DNA of 64,000 nt. It comes from Lama guanicoe. Lineage: Eukaryota. A model generated the notes under the pieces. The model saw only the letters and a program-made list of their open reading frames with translations, searched no databases and was not told where the DNA came from. Shown here piece by piece: positions 26,472-38,832 of the stretch (position 1 is the first letter of the stretch; every line of letters starts with the position of its first letter). The DNA is taken from the NCBI GenBank assembly GCA_013239625.1, contig MU053487.1:515058-579057 (forward strand). Direction: 5' to 3'. The position numbers were made by a program, and so were the translations under genes.

Positions 26472-28732
26472 GTCAGTTATTGTTTTTGTAAACACTTGGT
26501 TGTTTTGCATGTGGAAATATTTGGACATTTTTGTGTATAAGAAGCAAGTTGAAAATTATGTTTTATAAAGAATATTTGAAATTTAAGGAAAAGCATTTGG
26601 AGAATATATTTGTAGAAATAGTTTTTGTTTTAAGATGCATGACAAGTCCTTTTATATTTAGGGGATGCCTTTGCCTCTACTCTTTACTAAACTTGTTTTT
26701 CCAAGCTAAAACGCTTCCTGGAAAATTTTGAACACCTGTCTCCAATAACTTTATCAAATCAGGGCATTGTATGATCTGAATCTTTGATGATTTGGTACAG
26801 CATGAATACTTGAGCATGTTGATTATTCACCCTTTTAATTATTGTCCTGTTTTCTTAAAGATGAGTCTTAAAGCGCAAAAACAGACATAAAGACAAAAGG
26901 AAAAGAGAACTTAACAAATTCATCCAGTACTTTGATTATAATTAAGTTTTGCCAACAGGGATAGAAAATTGGGCTGCTGTTGGACAGCTAAGGAAAACAA
27001 CCATCTAAAACCACGTAACACAGGAAGTATTCATTGTTTTAATGTAAACCTTTCTGACGTGGCATTTGAAAAGACTAGTCAGTGATGATCATTTGTAAAT
27101 GGTAAAGCGGATGATTAGACTGAGAAATAAATTCAGAATGGTTAAAAATGGAAATTTACAGATTGAAGTGTAGTGTGATTCAATGGCTCTCTTTCAGAAA
27201 TGTTTAAGGAATTAATTTCGTCTGTATGATAGCCAATGCTATTTGTTACATGATCTTTATAAGTTGTTCAGGAATCTTTATAAATGATAAAATTGCAGAA
27301 AATTTTGTGGTGAAGTAAAAAAAGCATGTAAGTACATCAACACATTAGTCAGAATGTGAACGATAAGGAATTTGAAGATTCCTGGAGATTTAATATTCAC
27401 CGAGAGATCAGTAGAAATTTGCCCAGGAGTCTTGGGTGATAATAGTGTTGCTCTTCAGAAGAGACTTGGGATCTCCTCTCACCTTTTTTTTCATCTGAAA
27501 GACATCATGTTCAGCTGCACAGTGTACCGTTACATCCTGTTGGGCCATTAGTTCAGTCCTGTCCCGGAGAGAAGAATGCCACCTACAAAGACTTGGAAGC
27601 TACCTCTGCACCATTCCTGGTATTCCTCGAAAATCTCCTGTTTTAAGTACCAAGTTGTTCCAGACTTGCCTTGAGAACTGGCATGAGAGTGCAGTTTGAG
27701 ATTTAGATGTCTTTTATTTTTGCCTTTCACTAATAAAGCTCATAAGGTATTTTCATATTCTAGTTATAAAACTGGAATATCTGCAAGTAGTGACCCAGGA
27801 AGCTAGGAAATTATTCACTGGGAGACAGGAAAGCATACAGGTAGTAATTCAGTTTTTGATTCTCTTATTTTTTTTGTCTAGATAGGAATTGTCTAGTATA
27901 TTTCTTGGATATTATATGGCATGTACTTCCTAAAAACAATGAGGTTACACCCTAGGATTTGACATTTTGGAAGAGCCTCTACCAATGTAACTGCTTTTTT
28001 GGTTCATGTTTTTGGATCTTCTAAAATTAATTTTGACTGGAATTTTTTTCAGAACAAACTAGGGTAAAATAACACTATCATATTAGTCATTAACTTAGTA
28101 CATTTGTCTGTTTGCTCTATGTTTTTGAGTATATGATACTGAAATGTTAGTCTTTATATGATACTAAATTTTCTATGGCTAAAAATTACCTTTATTAAAA
28201 GTTTCTTAGGATATGAATTTAAGTGGGAACTTACTTTATTGTCTTTTGTCTTTTAAACATGATGAAACAGTCAGCTATAGAGCAATTTCATTAGTGTATG
28301 TGAGTAATGGTGGTTTAGTTAACTCTAAGGGCCGGGTAAGGGCTCATAAGAAAGCTTCTAAAGCTCTGTGCTTGGTCTACCTCTGTGAATGTCCATTCTA
28401 CTTCTCTTTCTAATGCATGCTTTCCTTTCTTTGTAAACAAAATGTTGACTTCATGGCTCAATTAAAGAGAATGGTAAATACTTAAATTGGCTTTACTTAA
28501 TAGTTCAAAAAAAAAAAACCCAACCCTTAATTCTAATTGGAAGGAAAAAAAAAGCTGAATTCATTGAATCCAGTCCATGCAAAATCATGTGGTCTTCTCT
28601 GTTTACACCTAATGACTAACCAATCTCTAAACCATTAATGGGGTGATTCTAATTTCTGTCTCCTTTTCCTTTTTCTTCCTGCATCCCATGTTGTCTGTGG
28701 TGATTTGTGTGGTTGGACTCTCCCCTGGTCAG

Positions 28733-28747
28733 TATTTTTATTTCCAG
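28733..28747 (+). CDS. PDCD6IP: Alternative 15-nt 5' extension of exon 7 (YFYFQ) via an upstream acceptor
   Basis: ggtcag|TAT TTT TAT TTC CAG|GAG, in frame; matches my recollection of the longer mammalian ALIX isoform (K239>KYFYFQ). Confidence 0.85.
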
Positions 28748-28864
28748 GAGGTGTTCCCTGTCTTGGCTGCAAAGCACTGTATTATGCAAGCCAACGCTGA
28801 GTACCACCAGTCCATCCTGGCGAAACAGCAGAAGAAATTTGGAGAAGAGATTGCAAGGTTACAG
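28748..28864 (+). CDS. PDCD6IP: ALIX exon 7
   Basis: tttccag|GAG; EVFPVLAAKHCIMQANAEYHQSILAKQQKKFGEEIARLQ; donor CAG|gtgagt. Confidence 0.97.
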
Positions 28865-29220
28865 GTGAGTTTCTTGGAAATAAATATTTAAGTAACTTGG
28901 ATTTCCTATTTTTTTTTTCTTTAGTAAGATTCCCACGTTTGCTCATAAAATCTTTTCCCACTCACTGCCCCTGTCAACAGAGGCAAGTGGTTGTTTTTAT
29001 TTTTAGGCTATACCTACTGTGTGCTTTTTGATGTCTCATATTTTATGTAAACATTTTTGCATAATTTGCATTTAGTTCTCATTTATTTGTCCATGTTTAT
29101 TTTAATTTTAAGTATTCTAAATTAATTATCATGCTCCAGAACAGATGTGCAGTGCTTAACTTGTGGCCTAGCTGTGGTCTAAATTGGGTCATATGATTCC
29201 ACAGCCTGAGGACAGTGATT

Positions 29221-29247
29221 ACACACACACACACACACGTACACACA
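29221..29247. repeat. (AC)n microsatellite
   Basis: Direct inspection. Confidence 0.9.
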
Positions 29248-29717
29248 GATCTTATCATTAGAATACCTTCTGTGCAATTGTATCAGCACTGGGTTTGTGA
29301 GAAACTTGCTGTGACATTTAGGGTAACTTCGCAGGAGGGATAAGGGCTATTTATATGAGTTGCTTGTATTTTGAGGATTGGTAGGCAGAGGGTGGGAAGA
29401 GGACTGTTAAGGAAATTTAAATATGGACTGGATATTAGAAGATACTATGCAAGTATTATATTTAAGAGGTTCAGGTTAATTAGTCTTTTCATGAGACAAG
29501 AAACTCAAGTTTTATAAAGAATAACATGTAGGTTTATATTATACTCCACACTGACAAAGTCAGAGAAAGGCACACTCAGGTTACTGAACATATTTCATTT
29601 GTGCAGAGATTCACTTTGATTGCAGTCACTTAGATTTTTATATGAAAATGCTTCAGAGAAAGTGGTTTCTAGAGGAAAGATTTTTTTTTCAGGGTAGCAT
29701 ATTTAAAGTATTAGAAA

Positions 29718-30160
29718 TATCAATGGAAAGAAAACACACAACATAAAAGGAGGGAGTTGAGTTTTATTTAGGGACTTTACTGAGGTAACAGTAAAGTCTC
29801 ATGGGTGACAGCCTCCTAGTACCTCTGAGGGAACTGCTCTGAGTAGGGGAGAAACCAGCTTAGATGTGATTTCTGGCTATGAAATACGTCTCAGTAAAAG
29901 ATTACTGCTAGTCACAAAGAACAGACATCTCAGGTTAATGATTTTAGTGCTTTTCTATGTAAAAGAGTAGGACTCTGGGTTCATTAGAATTCTTCCTGAG
30001 AATGACATCTGTCTAAGGGGCCGTTTTTCCAAAGCACGGGGTGCCTCATCCTGTTTTGCATCCTGAATTCCTCTCTCTCAAGGTGCTCTGTCAGCAACTG
30101 CAGTGGATAGCGACTTAGTCCTTACAGAACTGGGTAGTGAGCAGTGCTCCTTGTTTTACA
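29718..30160 (-). mobile_element. ERV solo LTR, antisense in intron 7
   Basis: Begins TGTAAAACAA on the minus strand at 30160; minus-strand AATAAA at ~29763-29768; resembles artiodactyl ERV1 LTRs; no clean TSD. Confidence 0.65.
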
Positions 30161-30869
30161 GATGTTTAGCTTCCTTATTTTTAGGAAATTCTGGGACTTT
30201 TATATAAATAAGCCTTTATTTAGTTTCTGTAAACTCATCATTGAAGAGCTTTAGAAATTTTAATCTAGTTTTTAAAACCCCTTAGGAAAAAGGAAACTTT
30301 CAGACTCACAACAAGAGATAAAGACTTTTTTTCAGTTTTTAGATTCATAAAGAGTTTTACAGGTTTAGTCATAGGTCAGAAGTTAATGCAGAGCACAAAT
30401 ACTTGCAATTCTTATCTCACTCAAAGGGCTGTTCCCGTTTCCATTAGGCATGTTTTTTTTTTAATTTGCCTGATTTGAGCTAAGAAACAAGCAGAAGAAC
30501 AAAACAGACAAAAAAGGTGACCAGCATATTCTCTATAGTCTCTCACTTAGCATACCCATGACCCTGATAGAGATCATTAGATGGTTACATCATTCAATCA
30601 TCTTTGCAGTCTTTGCTGTCAGCAACTTACTGGTTATGACCAAACCAGAAACAAAATCACAAGAGTCAGGAAAATCACAGCAATAGGTGAAACAGCAAAG
30701 GGAAAATTGCTACATGGGATTCACTTCTGGGGTCAAGAAGAATTGTACCCGGACTTGTACAGCTCATGAAATGCACTTCTTGGACAGTGCAGTTTATTTG
30801 GCTCCAGAAGGTGGGTTCACTTGATCATCTTGGTGGAGTCTGTAAAGCTTTCAAAAAGATGTAAAAAAT

Positions 30870-31113
30870 ATAGTTGAGTCTTGAACAGCATGGGTTTGCA
30901 CTGTCCACGTTCAATGAATAAATATTCGGCCTACCGTATCTGCAGATTCCAAATTTGTGGATCCATCCAAATGCTGGTCAGATACTATGTTAATCAACAG
31001 ATGCGGAGTCTGTGGGTAGGGAGGGCCAATTCTGGGACTCAATCATCTTCGGATGTTGGTGTCTGTGGAGGGTCCTAGAACCAATCCCTTGCAGATCCCG
31101 AGGAACGAGTATA
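30870..31113. mobile_element. Tigger2/MER8-like non-autonomous DNA transposon
   Basis: Left end tagttgagtcttgaacagcatgggtttg; right end gggtcctagaaccaatccc...gaggaacgagta. Confidence 0.65.
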
Positions 31114-31989
31114 TAAAGATGTAAAAATATGACTCATATAGAATGAGTACACACTGGAGATTTATTTATTTATGAATGTTGGACCTAATAAGATGGTAAA
31201 ACTGATTTTGTGAAGGTATTGTTTTTTCTTTGTTATGATAGTAGCTTGTAGGTATTAAGGAGATTGCCCTTATTAGGAGATATGTACTGAGGTATTTGAG
31301 GATGAAAGGTCATGGATTCTGAACTTTAGTTTCAAATGGTTCTGCAAAAAAGAAAAAAAAGAAAAGAAAAGAAAAAGGAATCTATGTGTATATATGGGAA
31401 AGAGAGATAAAGCAAATATGGCAAAATTGCTAACGGTTGTTAAACTTAGTAAAGGGTCTGTTGTCACTCATTGTTCTGTTCTTTTAATTTTTCTGTGGAC
31501 ATGAACATTATTAATATAAAAATTGGGGAAAATGTAAAGGTATACACTTCAACACATCTCCCTACCTTTCCCCTTATATCCTGTTCCTCCATCTTTTTTC
31601 CCACTGCCCCATAGTTAATTTCTATTTGTTTCTCATTTAATCCTTTCAGTTTTTTTCCCTCTTTGATATGCAAGCAAATACATCCACACATGCATGCACA
31701 CTTAATGCACATTCTTAACTCCCATCCTTACATAAGAGGTTGTATGCTATATACAGTGTTGTACATCTTATTTTTCTCACATAACAACATATTCTGAAGA
31801 TCTCTCCATTTTAATACAGCAATACAGAGACCGTCCTCATTTTTCTTCAGAGCTGCATTGTACTTGATTGTCAAACCACACTTTATTGCTGTGCCCTATT
31901 GCTAGATACGTGTGTGTTTCCAAGATTCTATTACAAAACATACTGCAGTGAATAATTATGTGCACATGGCACTTCGTATTTCAGCAGAT

Positions 31990-32331
31990 GTCTGAGCTCA
32001 GTCTTCCATAGCAGAATACCATAGACTAGGTGGTTTAAACAACAGAAATAGATTTTCTCATAGTTCTGGAGGCTGAATTCTGAGACAAGGGTGTCAGCGT
32101 GGTCAGCTTGCAGACTGCTGGCTGGCTTCTTGATGTGTCCTTACATGGTAGGGAGCTCCCACAAGCTCTCTGGTGGCTCTTCTTACTCAGGCACTAATAC
32201 CACCAGGAGATCCCCACCCTCATGACTTCATCTAAACATAATCTCCCAAAGGCCCCATCTCCAAAACCATCACTTTGGGGGTTAGAGCATCAGCATACGA
32301 ATTTTGAAGGGACATGATTCAGTCCATAGCA
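31990..32331 (-). mobile_element. MaLR LTR (MLT1-like)
   Basis: agactaggtggtttaaacaacagaaat...ttctggaggctg...ggccccatctccaaaacc...attcagtccatagca. Confidence 0.8.
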
Positions 32332-35300
32332 GCAGGTATACCTTAAATTCCTAGAAACAGGATTGCTGGTATCAAAGTGTAAGTATATCTATAATTTATT
32401 ATATATTATACTTGGATCTTTGATTCACTTGGAGTTTATCCTGATAGATGATGTGAAGGGTGTATCCAGTTTTTATTTTTTCAAATAGGTACCCAGTTGT
32501 CCCCAAACCATTTATTACAATGACTTTCTTTACCCCACTGATTTGAGATTTTGACTTTTATCACATATTAAATTATATGTTTCAGTCTGTTTCTGAACTT
32601 TTAATTCTGTTTCATTGTGCTGTTTATGTGTTCAAGTTCCAGTTCTGTACCATTTGAGTCATTGATACTTGTTTTAATGCCTGATTGGTATTGATCATCT
32701 CTCGTTTCCTGAATTTCCCTTATTGTTCTTGTTTATGCTTCTATATGAATTATATTTAAGTATTTATTATGGAAAATTTAAGATATATACAAAAGTATGA
32801 ATCATCAAATATCCATTACCCAGCTTCAATGATTATCAATATTTTGCTTTGTGTTTCGTCTGTTTGCCCTCCTCCTCATTTTTTTTGAAGTATTTTACAA
32901 CTATCTCACGTATCATTTCATCCTTAACTACTTCAGTATAATAGATAAGGCTTATTAAAAAAAGTAAAATCACAATGTCATCCTATCTAGCACAATTAAT
33001 GCTAAATAATAAGAACTAATAATACTATTAACCTAATGTTACCCAAACCTAATTTAGTTTTCTCTGATTTTTTTCTAAAATGTCTTTTTATAGTTGGTTT
33101 GTTCAAATCGGGATTCATACAAGGACCCCACATAGCATTTGGTTGATTTATCTCATAAATTTTTAATTTGCAATGGCATCTGGTCCCCAGCTGCCATGTT
33201 GAATTGTTCTCACTTTTTCTTGTTTTGTGTGTTTCTTACAATGATTTCTGTGATGTCTATTATCCCTTTTATGTTTCTTGTGTAAATATTTCAGTCTTTC
33301 TTTTCTTAAATGATTTCGTATTTTTCTTCAGTTTCTTTCCTGAGTTCTGCAGGTCCTGTTTCACATTCTCTTGCTATCGACTGTCACCCACTGTTGTCTG
33401 GGCCATCTGGTCCTCTGTTCATATTTTGTGTTCTTTGGTACTGTGATTGCATCCTTAAGTTTTTTAGTTTATTTTCGTTTTTTTAGTATGCTGTATTCTT
33501 TGCTTTGGGCAGCAGTTCTTTGGTGAATTTTCATTTTCTATGGGGAAGTTAAACTCATTTTCATTCATCCTTTCCTTATGGTTTCTTTGTGTTGAGGCAG
33601 ATGCGATGCCTTTTTGGTTACTTATGTTTAAATGAGCTGGAATTCAGTCGAGGAATAGCCAGAGGTGCATATGGGGAGAATGCCTGGGTAGCTTGCCAAG
33701 CCTCCTTATGTAGAGCCCTGCCTCAGCTTCTCCTCTCTGGTTCTCAAGGCCTGGTTTAGAGGATTCCCTTTTGTGCCTGTATTTCCCTGAGTTTCTTACA
33801 GCCTTTGCATTTCCAGGTAATGCGTCTACTTTTTGTTGTTTTCTGAGTGCTCATCTCCTTTCCTCCTCCTCCCCACTTTTCAGTCCTGCTCTTTTCTGCT
33901 TTCCTCGGCATCCCTGCTCTTTTAATTGTCTGCCTCTGGGCTCAGTAGCTCCTTGGGACGAGGCCTCTCCTGTGGCCCCTGGGTGGCTCCACGTGGGACA
34001 TTTGGCTTTACCCCTGTCACCAGCTGGCAGCTGTCACCTCACTGCATTTCCTTGTTTTCAGATTTGCCTAAGTGTTTTCTCCTCAGATAGGGCTCTTGGC
34101 AATCCCCCTTTCTCCTGCTGTATTCAGTGTCTTTTAAGGCCCTAATACCAATTTTCCTATTTAGGGGAGTGTTTGACCACATTTACAAATCATATTTGAT
34201 TTACAAATTTAAAAAGTGATTTAAATTTGTGCATTTTTATACCTCCTAGTTTACGTTACAGATGTAGCATTTGTTTTGTTTGTTTTGGTTATCCTTGTTT
34301 CTGTTTCATATTAATCTTGTGTATATCTTTTAAAACTTACTCCTGACTATTTTGTCTTCCTGTTGCTAGTAACAGTGGATTTTTTTCTTCTGTTATCTCT
34401 TCAAATTGGTGATTGTTTATCTGTATTTGCCCTGTTGATTTTGTATGTAAGCTACCTCTCATTTAGAATAGTTGATTCTCTTAGGTTTTGCTGGCACACA
34501 AATGTATGAGCTGTATATGATACATTTTTCCTTTTCTAAATTTTATACCTCTGATTTCATTCTTTTGTCTGGTTATTTTTACCATGTTCTATGTTCATAA
34601 TGATACTGGTGATCTTTATTTTATTTTGACTCTAGGATTGTTTCTTTCAGTTTTCTGCTAAGCATGATATCAGCTTTAGGGGTTAAGATTTTATCATGTT
34701 AAAAAACTAGATAACTATTTTTATTTTACTAAGATTTTAAAAAATGTCAAGAGTGAATATTTTATCAAATGATTTTTCAACATCTATGGAGGTAATTTGA
34801 TTTTTTTTAACTGAAATTTATTACTTGGAGAATTACATAAGTAGGTTTTCTAATTTTTAACTATTCTTATAATCTTATAATTTTGGTGTCTTAAACTTGC
34901 TTAATCTCCTCATATGATCACTTTATATGGATGTTCTTTATATGTCTGAGAATATTGTATATTCTCTTTGGAGTCCCAGGTTCCCCATGTCTGGTAAATC
35001 AGACTTTTTAATTGTGTTGTTCAAATCTTCTCTGAGCTTAACAAATTTTTTGTTTGCTTGGTCCTTTCATTCATGAGACAGGAGTGTTGAAATCTTCCAC
35101 TCTAATGATGCATAGATGTTATCAATTTCTCATTATAATTATTTATATAGATAAAGGTTTTTAAATACAAAATTTAAGAAGCATTATACCTTTCTGGCAA
35201 ATTGGCAAATATTAAACATTATATACTGAATTTATCCCTAATAATACTTTAGGCTTTAGTGTCCATTTTATCTGATGTCACTATTCCCAACACCACGTAA

Positions 35301-35897
35301 GTAATTTGAGCCCTAAATTTACGAGGCATATGTTCATTTTATGTGTTACAAGGGCAGCCTTTCAAGAAAAAATTCCTATTGAAGCTGACAACGTGCTTCC
35401 TTGTTGATTTGCTGTGTTGCTGCGCAGTTTATTTTTCTGATCCATTCTTTTCACCGTGAGTGTAGCCCTTTGAGGTTCTTGCCTTTAAGTGGGGATCAGT
35501 GGTGAAGGGGATGTTTCTTAGTTTATTGTCTTACGTAGTTTCAAGACCCTTGTATTTGTATTACATTCCCTGAGGGCCTTTTTTAAAAGGCATTTTAATT
35601 GCAAGTCCTTTGGGTACAGAAATACCCAACAGCCAAAGCCAGCTTTCCTTAGTGTCAGTTTGTAGGTTTGATTTCTTTTACTTTCTTGATAACTCACTTA
35701 TATGTTTAAAGGGATGTCTGTTATGTGTTATTCTTCATTTTTTGATATTTTGGTTTGTTATGGGAGAATTTCTAGGTTATTCTTTTGATGACATTGCTGG
35801 TAATGCCAGTCCTCAAAGATTTTTTAGAAAACCAAAGGTTGGGTGCTTGGTTGAAAAAAAGAAACAAAATTTTTTTTTTTTAACATTTTCTTATTAG

Positions 35898-36120
35898 CAT
35901 GCAGCAGAATTGATTAAAACCGTGGCATCTCGCTATGATGAATATGTCAATGTGAAGGATTTTTCTGACAAAATCAACCGTGCCCTTACTGCAGCAAAGA
36001 AGGATAATGACTTCATTTATCATGATCGAGTTCCAGACCTTAAAGATCTAGACCCTATTGGCAAAGCCACTCTTGTGAAATCTACCCCAGTCAATGTACC
36101 CATCAGCCAGAAATTCACAG
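35898..36120 (+). CDS. PDCD6IP: ALIX exon 8 (KDNDFIY319, Bro1 C-terminal part)
   Basis: ttattag|CAT; HAAELIKTVASRYDEY...NVPISQKFT; donor CAG|gtatgt. Confidence 0.97.
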
Positions 36121-36567
36121 GTATGTCAAGTATACAGATGCACTTTAACTTTATTTTTTTTCCTCCAATTTATTCATTTTTGTAACTAAAATCACATAAT
36201 TAGTATTTTATGCTTTGAATATGATTTGCATTCATGTTTAAAATGAATATGAGAATAAAAATTATAGTGAAATTTTATGATGGAAAAGTAAATAGTAAAG
36301 CATAAAGTATACAACAAAGTCAAAAACTTGAAACTGAGTAACAATAAAGACTTAAACACGCACTTGTCATTTTGTTAACACTTGTTATTTAAGATTCTGC
36401 CATTATAAATATACATAAAATGACTTTACACATACAAACCTCTGGAGTCATTGTTATATCAGATAAATAAATGTTGTAATATCCTTGAATGTTGCAAGTA
36501 AATGCAGCACATGGTAGCCTCTAGCTGAGATCCCAAGGATAATATTCTAAGTTAGTGGGTGATTATT

Positions 36568-36879
36568 TTACAGTTGCGGTTCCACAGCCGTGAATTTAAG
36601 CAACTGCTGATGGAAAATACTGGCCAAAAAGAAATTTCCAGAAAGTTCCAAAAAGCAAAACTTGAATTTGCCATGCTCTGGCAACAGTGTACAAAGCATT
36701 TACATTGTATTAGGTATTGTAAGTAAGCTAGAGATGATTTAAAGTATATGGGAGGACATGGGTGTGTTATGTGCAAATACTGTGCCATTTTATATAAGGG
36801 ACTGGAGCATCTGTGGATTTTGGTATCCGCTGGGAGTCCTGGAACCAACCCCCTGTGGAATACCAAGGGATGACTGTAC
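36568..36879. mobile_element. Tigger3/MER2-like DNA transposon
   Basis: aaagttccaaaaagcaaaacttgaatttgcc; terminal ataccaagggatgactg followed by TA. Confidence 0.75.
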
Positions 36880-36889
36880 TTACTTCTGT

Positions 36890-37075
36890 TTAACAAACAC
36901 AAAGTGTTTACCGTGTGCCAGAGACTCTTTTAAGCCCTGTACAAAGGTTAGCTCATTTATTTCTCACAATGACTCCATGAGGTAGGTACTGTTATTACCC
37001 CCATTTGACTGATGCAGAGTGGTTAAGTAATTTGCCCAAGGTTGCAGAGCCAGAAAGTGGTAGATCTGGAAATCA
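36890..37075 (-). mobile_element. MIR SINE
   Basis: atgaggtaggtactgttattacccccattt...ggttaagtaatttgcccaaggt. Confidence 0.7.
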
Positions 37076-37412
37076 TAGCTCTGTGGCTCAGTCAGTCAGT
37101 TCCATCAACAAATGAACATTGTTTTCTCAGTTGTTTTCTGTAGATTTTCTTCACCAAAGATCCCTTAAACTTAATGACAGACACATCTTTAAAAACTAAG
37201 AAAACTAAGTTCAGAGCAAAAGCTTTCATTTTCATTGTCCGTGAATATAGTGATCTAAGTCTTTGTCATTGTACTTTCAGTAGTGATTTGGTTTTGATCT
37301 TTAAATATTTGTAGATTTTTAATACGAATATTGGAAAGGAAATAGGAATAGTCACTTCACGGTTTGAGTTTTTGTCTTCAAATTTTGTTGACATTTTTAT
37401 TCCTAATTTTAG

Positions 37413-37536
37413 ATCTGTTTGAGAAGATGGTTCCTGTGTCAGTGCAGCAGTCTTTGGCAGCTTATAATCAGAGGAAAGCTGATTTAGTTAACAGATCAAT
37501 TGCTCAAATGAGAGAAGCCACCACTTTGGCAAATGG
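37413..37536 (+). CDS. PDCD6IP: ALIX exon 9 (Bro1/V domain boundary)
   Basis: attttag|AT; DLFEKMVPVSVQQSLAAYNQRKADLVNRSIAQMREATTLANG; donor GG|gtaggt. Confidence 0.97.
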
Positions 37537-38149
37537 GTAGGTAGACCTTGACTTTCATAAATTTATCTTGAAGATTCTAATGTTTTCTGATTGTTTATGA
37601 AAATTTTAGTTTTCTGAGCTCAGAGTTGAGCATAAAGGATATTTGAAATAGCAAATATAAACACACACACATTTCTTAGGGATACTTTATTTACTGAGCC
37701 CTAGCAAATATATTATAGTTGGAAGAAATTTAACTACTGAAACAAAGTGAAAATACTTGACCACTAATTTGTATGTTAGGGAATATTTAGAGGGAAATTA
37801 GAAGTAGAAATGCACTTTTAAAGTTAAGATACATAGTTTGTATTCTGAACCAGTTTCTGTTTTCGGTGGATTGAAGACAGAAAATCATTGTTTTAAAAAA
37901 TATTTTAAGTATAGTTTTCACACAGTAAAATGCACTCATTTTAAGTGTATAGTTTGATTCTTTTTGATAAATACGTATACCCATGTAACTACCGCCACTA
38001 TGATCAAGATAGAGAACATTTCCGTCACCCTAAAAAATTCACTCATGTCTTTCCCTTCAGTTCCTCCTCCTCTGTCCCCAGCTGCTATTGATCTGCTCCC
38101 TGTCATCATAGGTTAGTTTTATCTTTTATACAGTTTAATACAGATATAA

Positions 38150-38400
38150 TCATTATAACATGTGCAGTATGTACATTACAGTATATAGTACACTATAAAT
38201 GGTATAATACATTACATATTTTATATACAGGACATTGTATACCATATATAGTATACTATATATGGTATATAATACACTATATACTGTATATAATACATTA
38301 TATATTTTATATACAGGACATTGTATACCATATATACTATTGCTGTAGCATGTATAGTATGCAGTACTTACAGTATGTACAGCATGTGCAGTATATATTG
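38150..38400. repeat. AT-rich low-complexity block with a ~42-nt direct repeat (TACATTAyATATTTTATATACAGGACATTGTATACCATATATA at ~38208 and ~38294)
   Basis: Direct inspection. Confidence 0.8.
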
Positions 38401-38701
38401 AAAATATATTAGGCTTCTTTCACTTAGCATCATCTGTGTTTTGTGAATCATTTTTGTCAAAGTTCAGCAGGTGTTCTGAGTGAAAGGGTGGGTCTGTGGT
38501 TGTCTGTCTTGGTATATTCATGGGAGAGGGTGAGCTAAGAGCATCTTTCTACTCTGCCGTCTTGGCCACTCCCCCCTCAGTTTGATCATTTTTATTACTG
38601 AGCAGTATTCCTTTTTATGATCAAATACCTTGTTAGTTTTTTCACCTATTGATGGGCATTTCAGTTGCTGTGAACATTGATATACAAATCTTTGTGTGTA
38701 A

Positions 38702-38832
38702 GGGGAGGTTATAGCTCAGTGGTAGAGCACGTGCTTAGCATTCACAAGGTCCTGGGTTCAATCCCCAGCACCTCCATTAAAAACAAACAAACCTAATCCC
38801 CGCCCCCTAACAAAAAAAAAAAAGAAAGAAAA
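38702..38832 (+). mobile_element. tRNA-Ala-derived SINE (camelid Vic-like), inserted in an old L1
   Basis: GGGGAGGTTATAGCTCAGTGGTAGAGC...GGTTCAATCCCC plus A tail; TSD AAATCTTTGTGTGTA / AAATCTTCGTGTGGA. Confidence 0.9.

Noticed and set aside
38702..38776. Apparent tRNA-Ala(AGC) gene (also at ~13940, ~56790 and ~59775)
   Set aside because: A-rich tails, target-site duplications, imperfect stems and mutual divergence show these are SINE heads.
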